From the NCBI GenBank assembly GCA_949284445.1, contig CASDVP010000003.1, positions 139,051-203,050 of the forward strand: a stretch of DNA of 64,000 bases, read 5' to 3'. Below the pieces are notes generated by a model. That model made no database searches. It saw nothing but the letters and a program-made list of their open reading frames with translations, and had not been told where the DNA came from. A program made the translations under genes and the position numbers. The stretch is from an uncultured Bacillota bacterium (lineage in GTDB: Bacteria > Bacillota_I > Bacilli_A > RFN20 > CAG-288). Positions 46,317 through 56,748 of the stretch are shown here, piece by piece. Position 1 is the first letter of the stretch, and each line of letters starts with the position of its first letter.

Positions 46317-49082
46317 ATGTCAACACAAAAAACTAAAAAGAAAGTTTCTGCTAAAAAAGAAACTGTCACCAAAAAGAATGCTGTTAGCTCTAAATCCAAA
46401 AAGAGCAAGTATGTTGCTGGTCAATACGTTTACGCTTTCGGTGATGCCTACGGATTAGGCAAACCGTTATTAGGTGGTAAAGGTGCTGGTTTAGCTGAGA
46501 TGTCCCATATCGGAATCCGTATTCCTGATGGTTTCACTATCACAACTGAAGCTTGCACACTTTATTATGATTCAGGTCGTGAAATTCCTAAGAAACTCGA
46601 AGCTCAAATCAAAGAAGGTATCAAAGAATTAGAGAAGAGAAGTAAGAAGACTTTCGGTAAAGGACCTAATCCTTTATTAGTCTCTGTTCGTTCTGGTGCT
46701 AGAGTTTCTATGCCTGGTATGATGGATACCATTCTTAATTTAGGTCTTAACGATGATACCGTCAAAGCCTTAGCTAAGAAATCCAACAATGAAAGATTCG
46801 CTTATGATTGCTACAGACGTTTCATCCTCATGTTCACCAATATCGCTAGAGGTATTGAAAGAACTGAAATGGATGCGATGTTAAATGAGATCAAGACTCG
46901 TTTAAAGATCACAAACGATGCTGAGATTCCAGTTGATGAACTCAAACAATTAGTCAAGAAATACGAAGATTATTACAAAGCTAAATTCAATGAGGACTTC
47001 CCATCAGATCCGATGGTTCAACTCATGATCGCTGTCAAAGCCATCTTCCATTCTTGGGATAATGAAAGAGCTAATACCTATAGACAACTCAATAACATTC
47101 CTTATTCTTGGGGAACTGCTGTCAACGTCCAGATGATGGCCTTTGGTAATATGGGCGAGAATTCAGGTACTGGCGTCGGTTTCACCCGTCAACCAACTGA
47201 TGGTAAAAACCAAATCTTTGCTGAATATCTGATCAACGCTCAAGGCGAAGATGTCGTCGCTGGTATCAGAACACCTCTTCATATCGATGCTTTAAAGAAA
47301 CAACAGCCACACATCTATGAACAATTAGTCAAATCTGCTAAGAAACTCGAAGCCCATTATAAAGATATGCAAGACTTCGAATTCACCGTTGAAGATGGAG
47401 TCTTATACTTCTTACAGACTAGAAATGGTAAGAGAACTGGTGCTGCTGGTTTGAAAGTCGCTGTTGATATGGTCAAAGAAGGTCTCATCAATGAAGAAGA
47501 AGCTCTCTTAAGAGTCGATCCTCGTTCATTAGACCAAGTCTTACATCCGACATTCGTTGAAAAAGCTTTAAAGAAAGCTGTCGTCATCGGAAAAGGTAAC
47601 CCTGCTTCTCCTGGCGCTGCAGTCGGCGGTCTTGTTTTCTCCGCTGCTGAAGCTAAAGCTAAATTAGCTGCTGATAAGAAGTGCAAGATGATCTTAGTCA
47701 GAGCTGAAACTTCACCTGAAGACTTAGATGGTATGCTCTCTGCTCAAGGCATCTTGACCATGAGAGGTGGTATGACTTCTCACGCTGCAGTCGTCGCTCG
47801 TCAAATCGGTAAATGCTGTGTCACCGGATGCGGTGATGCCGTCATCGATGAAGCGAAGAAGACCATGACTTTAGGTGGTCACACCTATAAAGAAGGTGAC
47901 ATCATTTCGATCAATGGTTCCACCGGTGAAGTCTATGATGGTGCTATTGAAACTCAAGAAGCTCAAGTCAGCGGTGATTTTGCTAAAGTTCTCAAATGGG
48001 CTGATAAATATGGCAAGATGACTGTCTATGCTAACGCTGATACTCCTGAAGAAGCTGAAAATGCTATTCAATTCGGAGCTAAAGGTATCGGTTTATGCCG
48101 TACTGAACATATGTTCCGCGGCGGTGATCGTTTGATCTCTATGCAAAAGATGATCTTAGCTGATACCACTGAAGAAAGAGTCAAATGGCTCAATGAATTA
48201 GAACCATATCAAGAAGAAGACTTCTACAAGATGTATATCGCTTTAGGCGGTGTCAACATGAACGTCCGTCTCCTCGATCCGCCGCTTGATGAATACTTAC
48301 CTAGAAAAGACGAAGAGATCAAAGCTTTAGCTAAAGCCACTGGTAAGAGCGTTGAAAAAGTTAAAGCTCGTATCAATGAATTGCATATGACTAACCCGAT
48401 GATGGGCTTACGTGGATGCCGTCTTGATGTCGTCTATCCTGAAATTGGTAGAATGCAAGCTGAAGCTGTCATCAAGGCAGCTTTGAGAGCTGAAGAATAT
48501 CTCTCCAAGAAGAAAGGTAAGAAGGTCCACATCACCGCTTCCATCATGGTTCCTCAAGTCATCGAGGCTAAAGAGTTGAAATTCGTCAAAGATCTCATCT
48601 CTGAAACAGCTGATAAGATCATCAAAGAATCCAAGTTCGATAACAAGCTCAAGTATATTGTCGGAACTATGATCGAAACACCTAGAGCTTCCTTAACTGG
48701 TGGTGAGATTGCTAAATACGCTGCTTATTTCTCTTACGGAACTAACGACCTCACACAGTTCACCTATGGTTTCTCTAGAAACGATTATTCTTCCTACATC
48801 AATCAATATATCGAACATAACATCTTAGACTTTGATCCTTTCAAGACCATCGATTCTGCTGCTGTCTGCCGTCTCATCGAATTATCTATCGCCGAAGGTA
48901 AGAAATCTAATCCAGACTTACATTGCGGTATCTGCGGTGAAGCTGGTGGTGATCCTGAATCCATCGCTCATTTCTATGCAGCTGGTGCCGATTATGTCTC
49001 CTGCTCTCCATTCCGTGTACCTGGTGCTAGATTAGCAGTCGCTCAAGCAGCGATCAAAGCTGAAGGTAAATACACCTACTAA
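46317..49082 (+). CDS. ppdK: Pyruvate, phosphate dikinase with a about 30-aa Lys-rich N-terminal extension
   Basis: LLGGKGAGLAEM ATP-grasp motif, phosphohistidine domain GGMTSHAAVVARQIGKCCVTGC, and a PEP-utilising C-terminal domain. AGGGGAGGA RBS before ATG 46317. The unusual extension is MSTQKTKKKVSAKKETVTKKNAVSSKSKKS. Confidence 0.85.
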   Translation: MSTQKTKKKVSAKKETVTKKNAVSSKSKKSKYVAGQYVYAFGDAYGLGKPLLGGKGAGLAEMSHIGIRIPDGFTITTEACTLYYDSGREIPKKLEAQIKEGIKELEKRSKKTFGKGPNPLLVSVRSGARVSMPGMMDTILNLGLNDDTVKALAKKSNNERFAYDCYRRFILMFTNIARGIERTEMDAMLNEIKTRLKITNDAEIPVDELKQLVKKYEDYYKAKFNEDFPSDPMVQLMIAVKAIFHSWDNERANTYRQLNNIPYSWGTAVNVQMMAFGNMGENSGTGVGFTRQPTDGKNQIFAEYLINAQGEDVVAGIRTPLHIDALKKQQPHIYEQLVKSAKKLEAHYKDMQDFEFTVEDGVLYFLQTRNGKRTGAAGLKVAVDMVKEGLINEEEALLRVDPRSLDQVLHPTFVEKALKKAVVIGKGNPASPGAAVGGLVFSAAEAKAKLAADKKCKMILVRAETSPEDLDGMLSAQGILTMRGGMTSHAAVVARQIGKCCVTGCGDAVIDEAKKTMTLGGHTYKEGDIISINGSTGEVYDGAIETQEAQVSGDFAKVLKWADKYGKMTVYANADTPEEAENAIQFGAKGIGLCRTEHMFRGGDRLISMQKMILADTTEERVKWLNELEPYQEEDFYKMYIALGGVNMNVRLLDPPLDEYLPRKDEEIKALAKATGKSVEKVKARINELHMTNPMMGLRGCRLDVVYPEIGRMQAEAVIKAALRAEEYLSKKKGKKVHITASIMVPQVIEAKELKFVKDLISETADKIIKESKFDNKLKYIVGTMIETPRASLTGGEIAKYAAYFSYGTNDLTQFTYGFSRNDYSSYINQYIEHNILDFDPFKTIDSAAVCRLIELSIAEGKKSNPDLHCGICGEAGGDPESIAHFYAAGADYVSCSPFRVPGARLAVAQAAIKAEGKYTY

Positions 49083-49109
49083 TCTCTTCTAAAGATTGAA
49101 TCATTAATA

Positions 49110-49146
49110 AAACCGTCTAACTTGTTAAAAGCTAGACGGTTTTTCT
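49110..49146 (+). terminator. Intrinsic terminator after ppdK
   Basis: ACCGTCTAACTTGTTAAAAGCTAGACGGTTTTT. Confidence 0.6.
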
Positions 49147-49187
49147 GATCACTATTATTTGATATAAACTGTGTTTAATATGAAGAT

Positions 49188-49805
49188 TTAATCGCTGATG
49201 ACTTTCTTTTCTTCAACAGTTTTTGTTTTCTTTATTTCATCAACCAACTTTTTCACAGTTTTATATACCTCATATGGATTATCGACATATTGAAAGTTGA
49301 AGGCGACTGAGATTGCATTAGGACTAGCTATCGGTGCTACAAAAGAACCAAAAGATATCGTTCCTGTATTTGGTTTTATAAATTTATCATATAGATTGAT
49401 ATTGATATTGACTGAACCGACGAATGAAATATCTAAATTGCGGAAATCAACACCGATGATACCTGTTCTGACTAAGATTCTCTTATCTGAAACAGCATAA
49501 AATGTGTTCTTATACATGACATAAGCACAAATCATTTCAATGAGAACAAGCAGAATGAAGAAAATACCAAAAAGGATGAATGAAATTTGTGTCGTTAATA
49601 ACTCGTTTTCTTTGATTCCAAATTCAGAAGCGACGGCTCCTAAAACCACAAAAGCTATTCCGAATAAAATGCCTAAGATACGACCTATAAAATTTCTTAA
49701 CCAAACAAACCTAGTTTTATTCGGTTTTAAGATAAAAAGTATTTTTTCATCATCGCCAAGGATTTCATTAAAGACATTATTGACTTCTAGCTTTTCCATC
49801 TTCAC
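49188..49805 (-). CDS. Membrane protein with a PH-like (bPH/DUF304-type) architecture, hypothetical
   Basis: AAAGGAGG RBS. Two TM hairpins plus short soluble segments. Assignment is weak. Confidence 0.3.
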   Translation of the reverse strand: MKMEKLEVNNVFNEILGDDEKILFILKPNKTRFVWLRNFIGRILGILFGIAFVVLGAVASEFGIKENELLTTQISFILFGIFFILLVLIEMICAYVMYKNTFYAVSDKRILVRTGIIGVDFRNLDISFVGSVNININLYDKFIKPNTGTISFGSFVAPIASPNAISVAFNFQYVDNPYEVYKTVKKLVDEIKKTKTVEEKKVISD

Positions 49806-49920
49806 AAGCCTCCTTTGATCTTCCTTAAATATTATATCAAGAACAGCGAGCTTATTTTTTTAAGAGAAAGTAAATATTGATTTTGACTATTATATTTCGC
49901 CATGTGATAAAATCTTTATT

Positions 49921-50790
49921 ATGGAAAACAAGATCGAAACAGTTTATTTAAAAGAAAAAGAACTCAACGAAGCTTATGCCTTAAAAAGAAAAGCTTTTAA
50001 TGAAGAGACTAAACTTTATAAGGCTCGTTTAAAAGAGATCAGAAAAGCTGAAAAAGAAGAAAAGAGACAGATGCGTGAGCTTCCTAAAAAGGAAAAGCGT
50101 GAACTCCAAGCTTTGCAAAGAAAAGCTCTAGGCTTACCTTCTTATACTCACGGTGAAGAATTGATGAACGCAATCTCTCATATCGTGGGTGGTGCTTTTG
50201 GTATCGTCGCTCTGATCACTGGCGTTTATTATGCCGTGATCAATGAAATGGGAGGTGATGCTATCACTGCGATGGCTTTCTTCGGATTCAGTATCATCTT
50301 TCTATACACCATGTCATCGATCTATCATTTTCTCAATGTCAATAAAGCCAAAAAAGTATTTCAATATATCGACCACAGCACTATTTTCGTATTGATATCG
50401 GGCACTTATGTCCCAGTATGCACCATCATGTTAAATTCTATCTTCCCATACAACTTTGTTGTATTAGGTGTAGTTGTTTTTCTATCCATAGTCGGTATTT
50501 CTCTAGTTTCTACTATGATGGATAAAATGCCTGTAAAAATAATCTCACATACTTTATATATCGTGATCGGTTGGCTGATCATCTTTTTCTATGTCCCATT
50601 AGTTGATCAAAATGGTTTACCAGCTGTGATCATGTTTATAGCTGGTGGCGTCGCTTACTCATTAGGCGCTATCATATATGCGATCGGAAAATATAAGAAA
50701 TACTTCCATTTCATCTTCCACATCTTCTGCTTAGCTGGAACCATTTTACAATTCCTTGGCGTTCTTCTTTATGGCGCGATCGGAATCTGA
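49921..50790 (+). CDS. Hemolysin-III/PAQR family membrane protein with an N-terminal coiled-coil extension
   Basis: 7-TM core with HxxxH-like and NAISHIVGG / HSTIFVLISGTYVP motifs of the Hly-III family. Preceded by a 75-aa KEKE-rich helical extension. Confidence 0.55.
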   Translation: MENKIETVYLKEKELNEAYALKRKAFNEETKLYKARLKEIRKAEKEEKRQMRELPKKEKRELQALQRKALGLPSYTHGEELMNAISHIVGGAFGIVALITGVYYAVINEMGGDAITAMAFFGFSIIFLYTMSSIYHFLNVNKAKKVFQYIDHSTIFVLISGTYVPVCTIMLNSIFPYNFVVLGVVVFLSIVGISLVSTMMDKMPVKIISHTLYIVIGWLIIFFYVPLVDQNGLPAVIMFIAGGVAYSLGAIIYAIGKYKKYFHFIFHIFCLAGTILQFLGVLLYGAIGI

Positions 50791-50793
50791 TAG

Positions 50794-51099
50794 ATGAAAA
50801 ATAACAATAATCACTTTAATTCACCTCTAATAGGATATTTATGCAGTTTCATCGCTATCTTTCTCGGAATAATAATAGTCCCCATAGCTTACGCATTGAG
50901 AAATAATATCATCGGATGTGCTTTTCTCTTAACTATTCTCCATGCTGGTGAATTCGTAGCTTTATTTTTCTCGTTTTATTTTCCTTATTCTTTCAAAAAG
51001 AAAAACAACTTTAAAATATTCAATCCGATAATATTTGCTTTAGTCACTATTATAATTGTTGTTTTACTCGTTTTAGAAGCCTATATGTTAGCTGGTTAA
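50794..51099 (+). CDS. Small membrane protein, hypothetical
   Basis: 101 aa with three hydrophobic helices. Confidence 0.3.
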   Translation: MKNNNNHFNSPLIGYLCSFIAIFLGIIIVPIAYALRNNIIGCAFLLTILHAGEFVALFFSFYFPYSFKKKNNFKIFNPIIFALVTIIIVVLLVLEAYMLAG

Positions 51100-51923
51100 T
51101 AAAGGACTTTTCCGTTATAAACTTTAGTGTAAATTCTCTTTTTTGTCGTATAGGTCAATCTCAACTCATCTTTATAGATTTCAGATATCGGAATGATCAA
51201 AAGATAGGTGATAGTCACATCGATGGGTAGTGAAACAAGACTCGTTAAAAGCTGTGATATAAAACTCACTTCATACGGTATTCCATATAAACTCTGTAAC
51301 CATAGCGGTGCTAAAAATGATTTTATGACAAAATCTCGAATGATGAACACCAGGAAAATATCTGTTACTAAAAATGATTTTTGGTCTTTTTTAGATAAAA
51401 AATAAGAAGCGATCAAGAATGCTAAAGCGATGACTAAAAAACAAACAGCGATGATGATTTTACTGGTCATAGATATCGTTATATTTTCACCGCCGCTGAG
51501 TTTAAATCGCTCTACAAAAGGTAAAGTTAAATATAATCCGATCGCAGAGATAGCGATTCCAAAGAAAGAGGTCAAGGAGCTGAGTTTTCTTTTGCCTTTG
51601 ACCAGTTTCAAAACCAAAACAGGCACTAAGCCGAACAAAGCAGCATCGATCGTGAAACCTGGGAAAAAAGCCATCGAACCGTTTGGAAACATCAAAGCAC
51701 CGATCAGATCAGCACCAGCTGAACAGATAAGGCCATATACTGGACCGTTTAAAAGGGCGCAGATCATACTCGGAATAGAAGCGAATCCGATCTCCACTAA
51801 ATTGACTCCGCCAATCATGATATAGGCAGATAAAAAAGGAACTCTGGACAAGATGACAGTCAGAGCTAAAAATAATGCGGTAGTTGTTAACCTGATCAGA
51901 TCAGCATTTCGTCTTTTCATCAA
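51096..51923 (-). CDS. ECF-transporter substrate-specific (S) component-like membrane protein
   Basis: Polytopic with the Gly-rich helix pattern typical of ECF S components (LFLALTVILSRVPF...GGVNLVEIGF...LNGPVYGLICSAGADLIGALMF). Longer than typical (275 aa). Overlaps the smpB start by 4 nt. Confidence 0.4.
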   Translation of the reverse strand: MMKRRNADLIRLTTTALFLALTVILSRVPFLSAYIMIGGVNLVEIGFASIPSMICALLNGPVYGLICSAGADLIGALMFPNGSMAFFPGFTIDAALFGLVPVLVLKLVKGKRKLSSLTSFFGIAISAIGLYLTLPFVERFKLSGGENITISMTSKIIIAVCFLVIALAFLIASYFLSKKDQKSFLVTDIFLVFIIRDFVIKSFLAPLWLQSLYGIPYEVSFISQLLTSLVSLPIDVTITYLLIIPISEIYKDELRLTYTTKKRIYTKVYNGKVLY

Positions 51924-52384
51924 TAACGCTCTTTGATAGCCTTAGCTATTCTTCTCTCATCATCACGCTTTTTAATAGTTTCTCTCTTATCGTAATTTTT
52001 CTTACCTTTTCCTAAAGCTAATTGAACCTTGCAAAGACCACGACGGATATAAACTCTAGTCGGTATCAATGTATAGCCATCTCTAGTGACAGCATTCTCT
52101 AAATCATAGATTTCTTTCTTATGCATGAGAAGCTTTCTAGTTCTAGTCGGTTCATGTGAAAAAATACCGTTCGCTTGGTAAATAGGAATGTTCATATTTA
52201 ACAGGTAGAGCTCTCCTTTGTTGATGATGATATAACTGTCATCTAAAGAACAGTGACCTGCCCGCAAAGCTTTGATTTCAGAGCCGACAAGCTCGATGCC
52301 AGCTTCTTGAAAATCAGATAAAAAATAATTGAACTTTGCTTTACGATTTGTCGCTATTAAAATTTCGTCTTGATCTTTTTTCAT
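51920..52384 (-). CDS. smpB: SsrA-binding protein SmpB
   Basis: IATNRKAKFNYFL...GIELVGSEIK is the canonical SmpB N-terminus. 154 aa with a C-terminal basic tail. Confidence 0.9.
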   Translation of the reverse strand: MKKDQDEILIATNRKAKFNYFLSDFQEAGIELVGSEIKALRAGHCSLDDSYIIINKGELYLLNMNIPIYQANGIFSHEPTRTRKLLMHKKEIYDLENAVTRDGYTLIPTRVYIRRGLCKVQLALGKGKKNYDKRETIKKRDDERRIAKAIKERY

Positions 52385-52386
52385 CT

Positions 52387-54732
52387 CTATTTATGTTTTT
52401 TACTTCTGAGAGTTTTCTTTCCTCTATTATGGTTCTCATATGTCTTTTTACCATGACGTTTATCAGATTTATATCCTCTTTTATCATGGCTATGAGAATA
52501 TCTCTTATCTTTAAATTTATCGCCATTTCTTTTACCTGTAGTAAAGGTTGGCTTTCCAGTCATTCTAGGTGTTTCTTCATCTTTATTAATAACTTTGATA
52601 CCTGATGTTGCAAGTTCAGCTCTTTCACTATCAGTGAGATTCAACGCATATTTCTGATAGATAGCAGGAGAAGCAAAATTGATATCATAAGTCTTTATAT
52701 CACAAGAAAGCACTGTGACATCCACAGGGGTTCCAAACGTGAAACTTCTCTCGGTCTTTCTGCCTTTAGCTACAAAATTGCGATCATCATAGTAATAGCT
52801 ATCATCACCGATGAGATCGAATGGTAAAAAGCCTTCTATTCCTAATTCGGTTTCAACAAAAAGACCTTTAGGAATCATGCCGCTGACAGTGCCATGATAA
52901 GTTTCTCCGATATGTCTAGACATATACTTGCAGGATTCTAGATCATCGACTTCTCTTTCAATCGCATCAGCTTTGCTTTCACAGGCTGAAGTCAAAATAC
53001 CTAAATTCTCTAACTGAGAAAAGATGTCTTCATACGAGAAATCTTTTTCATCTAAAAGATAATCTTTGACTAAGCGATGAATGATATCATCAGGATATCT
53101 TCTGATCGGTGAAGTGAAATGACAATAGTCAAGTTCAGATAATCCGAAATGACCAGCTTCGACTGGAGAGTATCTAGCTTTAGCTAATGATCTTAAAAGC
53201 ATATAAGAGATCGCTTTGCGGTCATCATCATTTTTGATGCTCTTTAAAAAGTCATTTAATCTGGCGCCAGTTATATCTTCATAACGTGGAAAACTCCTAG
53301 AAAGATTCAACTTCTTTAAAAATGATTTGAAGGTAGTCATCTTATCCTTAGGTGGGAACTCATGAATACGATATAAGACTGGAATATGATGCTGTTTTAA
53401 AGCCTTTGCGACTTCGCAATTAGTGATGATCATCAAATCTTCGATCATCTTTTCAGCTTCACCTTGTTCAACTTTAACGACCTCGACAGGTTGTCCAGTC
53501 TCATCCAAAGAGAATTTCAGTTCAGTGGATTCTAATTTTAAAGCGCCTTGTCTAGTTCTTCTTTTACGAATAGTGGTTGCACATTCATGTAAAATGGTAA
53601 GAGTATCTTCGATCTCTTTACCATATTCGGACTTGCCGCTATCAAAAAACTGGTTGACGCCTTTATAAGTCAATCTGCCATGTGATTTGATCACACCTTT
53701 TTCAATCTTAGTCGAAAACACATTGCCAAAAGAATCGATATCCATAGTGACAGAAAGAGCCAATCTCTCTTCCTGAGGATTCAAAGAACAGATACCGTTA
53801 GATAATTCAAATGGAAGCATCGGAATGACCCTATCTGCGACATAAATAGAAGTTCCTCTTTCACGCGCTTCTTCATCTAAAGGATGGTTGACTTTGACAT
53901 AGTGAGTGACATCAGCGATATGAACGGTCACTCGATATCCTTTTAATAAACGTTTGCCTTCAACAGCATCATCAAAATCATGAGCATCATCGCCATCGAT
54001 AGTGACCACACAATGAGAGGTGAAATCAGTTCTACCAGCTTTATCTTCAGCAGTCACTAACTCAGAGATATGTTTAGCTTCATCTAGTACTGCTTCTGGA
54101 AATTCTAACTTACCATCATTTAAAGCGATGATATTGGATATATCGCTATTGACAGAATCAGCTTTGACTAATAGATCAGTGATGATGACTTTAAAAGTAT
54201 CTTTTTTATAGGAAACGATATCAGCTTTGACCAAGTCGCCCTGTTTAACAGCAAGACCTTCTTTGATACCTTGAACTTGAACTTTTTTACCACAATTATT
54301 CAAATAGGAGATAGATAAAATCTCATTTCCATTAGCATCTAATGTGTAATACCCCTTAAATGATGTGACAGGTTTAAGATAGCTCAAACAATGATATGTA
54401 TCCTGTTGGAACTTTTTAGCATAGACTAAATCACCGATCAATAATCCATCAGATTCTTGACCAGAAACACGTGCTTCTTCACCAGAAACGATATTTTTAA
54501 GAATGACAAAATTATGTGTCTTAACTATGACTTTTGCTAAAAATATTTTTTGATCCGCAAGTAAAAAATAAGTTTTATCATCTTTGCCTACAATACCAGA
54601 GTAAACTAAACGATTGAGCAAAGATTCCAAGTCAAACTTTTGAGCTTTAGTCACTGCACCACAGCGACTAGCAATAGAAGCAAAATCAAATAAGTGTCCT
54701 TTTAATAAATTGATAATTTCTTTTTCAGTCAT
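52387..54732 (-). CDS. rnr: Ribonuclease R
   Basis: RNB catalytic domain, cold-shock/S1 domains and a Lys/Arg-rich C-terminal tail. The conserved secG-rnr-smpB order is present. Confidence 0.85.
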   Translation of the reverse strand: MTEKEIINLLKGHLFDFASIASRCGAVTKAQKFDLESLLNRLVYSGIVGKDDKTYFLLADQKIFLAKVIVKTHNFVILKNIVSGEEARVSGQESDGLLIGDLVYAKKFQQDTYHCLSYLKPVTSFKGYYTLDANGNEILSISYLNNCGKKVQVQGIKEGLAVKQGDLVKADIVSYKKDTFKVIITDLLVKADSVNSDISNIIALNDGKLEFPEAVLDEAKHISELVTAEDKAGRTDFTSHCVVTIDGDDAHDFDDAVEGKRLLKGYRVTVHIADVTHYVKVNHPLDEEARERGTSIYVADRVIPMLPFELSNGICSLNPQEERLALSVTMDIDSFGNVFSTKIEKGVIKSHGRLTYKGVNQFFDSGKSEYGKEIEDTLTILHECATTIRKRRTRQGALKLESTELKFSLDETGQPVEVVKVEQGEAEKMIEDLMIITNCEVAKALKQHHIPVLYRIHEFPPKDKMTTFKSFLKKLNLSRSFPRYEDITGARLNDFLKSIKNDDDRKAISYMLLRSLAKARYSPVEAGHFGLSELDYCHFTSPIRRYPDDIIHRLVKDYLLDEKDFSYEDIFSQLENLGILTSACESKADAIEREVDDLESCKYMSRHIGETYHGTVSGMIPKGLFVETELGIEGFLPFDLIGDDSYYYDDRNFVAKGRKTERSFTFGTPVDVTVLSCDIKTYDINFASPAIYQKYALNLTDSERAELATSGIKVINKDEETPRMTGKPTFTTGKRNGDKFKDKRYSHSHDKRGYKSDKRHGKKTYENHNRGKKTLRSKKHK

Positions 54733-54790
54733 TCTTAAACCACCTGTTTTAATCAGAAAATAAAAGGGGCTTCATCGGCCCCTCATCTTT

Positions 54791-55027
54791 TTAGAGATAA
54801 TTACAGAGAATTGCGACTAAGAAGAACGCTGCTGCAAAGACGGTTGTGATAATCGTCATGATTTTATCAGCGCCTCTCTCTTTCGTTCTCGTAAATATGT
54901 TCATCTTATTACCACCCATAATAGCAGCAGAAGCGCCTTCGCTTTTACCAGACTGCAATAGAGTGATAATAATCATGATGAAGGACAAAACAATAAGTAC
55001 AATTTCAGCTGGGCTTGTCATAATCAC
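54791..55027 (-). CDS. secG: Preprotein translocase subunit SecG
   Basis: About 75 aa with two TM helices and a GG..ma/n loop. Sits in the secG-rnr-smpB context. Confidence 0.7.
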   Translation of the reverse strand: MIMTSPAEIVLIVLSFIMIIITLLQSGKSEGASAAIMGGNKMNIFTRTKERGADKIMTIITTVFAAAFFLVAILCNYL

Positions 55028-55255
55028 CTCATATAATTTAAATATATAACTAAAATAGTATAATTATTTGCTCTCAAGATAGCAAGAACTAATAAAAGAG
55101 AACTTATGACCAGCTTTATTTTGTGCTTTCTAAAGTTTGATATATTTTTTTAAACATTATGAAAATCTATAGAGAATAATTATAAACTTTTATTAATGTT
55201 ACAAAAATTGGTTCAAGTTATTTTAGTATAATAAATGACAATTTGCTCAGTAATT

Positions 55256-56686
55256 TTAAAATACTTTATCCTTATTAGTGATGTATACCTTTTTGTTTCC
55301 TTGTTTTGAGCATATCAAATACTGTTCTTTTACCAATGGTTCCAAAATATTTCTTCTAAAATAAGTGGAATCACTGATACTAAGATGTAAACAGATTTCC
55401 TTGATACTCCTTTGCCTGTTCAAACAGAAATTAAGAATTGTATTGCTGTACTGTAGATTTTGAATATTTGATGGTAATAAATTTATATTTGAAAATGTAT
55501 TTTCTACACCATCTTGATAAGTTAGATCAGGTAAAGTTAACGTGAATTGCCTTGAATCACTAAAAACAAATGGTTTATGTTTGTTAGATTGTTCTTTATA
55601 ATCCATAGCAATTTTATCAAAGCCAGTGCTTTTAGCTTCCATGTATTTTAACCGAACTAAAACTTCACTTATCAATTTATTTCGTCGCTCTGAAATGATA
55701 TGCGTTAAATCATAATTTTTATTGATCAATTCACCACTTGCTAGAGGACCTGGAGAAGTTATTTCTAACCTATCTCTGAAAATATCAATACTGATTTGAG
55801 AGTTTTCAATATAATAATCTCTTTGAACAATTGAATTTACAACTCCTTCGATAAGTGAACGACTTGGATATGCTGGAACATCTATACGCCCATCATCTGT
55901 TTTGATCATTCCAATGTTCATATTACGTTTGATAAAGCTGAGTGAAAAAGTAATAGAATCTAGAATATTAGTTTTGATATCATCACTGGTTATGATTCGG
56001 TCATCGCCTTTATTAAAACCTTGGAATACATTACATGAAATTGCTGTTTTTTCACCGTTATAATCATCTTTGAATAACAGTGCTCCTTGTTTAAGATATC
56101 TATCTTTATCAAAAAAGCCTATGACTTCTAATTCTTTGTCATTCAATTCTTTACCTGTTCTTTCTGAATAGCAAAAATGCAATTTTTTAAATTCGTCTTT
56201 ATCATATTTTATATTGGTTGGTAAGACATCAAATTCATATTTTTTAGATTTGATAACCATATCGTAAATTTCGCTTGGAGAAGCGCTAGAAGTATATCCT
56301 TGTTTTCTGATAAAAGCTGAATAAACACCTTTATATTTGACGTAAACAGGTTTTAATTTAGATTCTAAAATTATGATTTTAATCACATATCTTGTTTTAG
56401 AATTCACAATATATTTCAAAAAAGAAATTGTGTATTGAGGCAAAGGAACTAAAAATTGGTTAACACTATTGTTAAAAAAATTCCTTTCTTTATCGGCTTC
56501 ATCACGCGTAAAGCCCTCTAAGGTCAGATCATCTCTTACTCCCAAGTAAATCGTACCACCCTTTGCATTGGAAAATCCTGAGATAGTTTTGATCCAGCTT
56601 TCAAAATTATCACGATTCAATTTAGCTTTAAACTCAATAGTTTCGTCTTCTAAAGAATCTACTTTTTTAATCTCTGACAGTTTCAT
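55256..56686 (-). CDS. AlbA_2 (Schlafen-like) + HATPase_c_4 + wHTH putative regulator / divergent AAA-type DNA-binding protein
   Basis: N-terminal ETIEFKAKLN...GFSNAKGGTIYLGVRDD matches the AlbA_2 signature. ERRNKLISEVLVRLKYMEAKSTGFDKI matches HATPase_c_4. C-terminal HTH-like segment. Confidence 0.55.
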   Translation of the reverse strand: MKLSEIKKVDSLEDETIEFKAKLNRDNFESWIKTISGFSNAKGGTIYLGVRDDLTLEGFTRDEADKERNFFNNSVNQFLVPLPQYTISFLKYIVNSKTRYVIKIIILESKLKPVYVKYKGVYSAFIRKQGYTSSASPSEIYDMVIKSKKYEFDVLPTNIKYDKDEFKKLHFCYSERTGKELNDKELEVIGFFDKDRYLKQGALLFKDDYNGEKTAISCNVFQGFNKGDDRIITSDDIKTNILDSITFSLSFIKRNMNIGMIKTDDGRIDVPAYPSRSLIEGVVNSIVQRDYYIENSQISIDIFRDRLEITSPGPLASGELINKNYDLTHIISERRNKLISEVLVRLKYMEAKSTGFDKIAMDYKEQSNKHKPFVFSDSRQFTLTLPDLTYQDGVENTFSNINLLPSNIQNLQYSNTILNFCLNRQRSIKEICLHLSISDSTYFRRNILEPLVKEQYLICSKQGNKKVYITNKDKVF

Positions 56687-56715
56687 ATCTGTAACCTTTC
56701 AACACTTTGAACTAA

Positions 56716-56748
56716 CTTCAAAGTCACTTCAAAGTCACTTCAAAGTCA
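56716..56748. repeat. Three perfect tandem copies of an 11-mer CTTCAAAGTCA in the promoter region of the AlbA_2 gene
   Basis: Read directly from the sequence. The unit length of 11 bp is about one helical turn. Located 30-62 bp upstream of the gene start. Confidence 0.8.

Noticed and set aside
47357-48071. Antisense ORFs within ppdK (47357..47686, 47871..48071) and within rnr (53423..53668, 54020..54211)
   Set aside because: Typical antisense open frames in long genes.
54846-55049. ORF antisense to secG
   Set aside because: It fully overlaps secG on the opposite strand.
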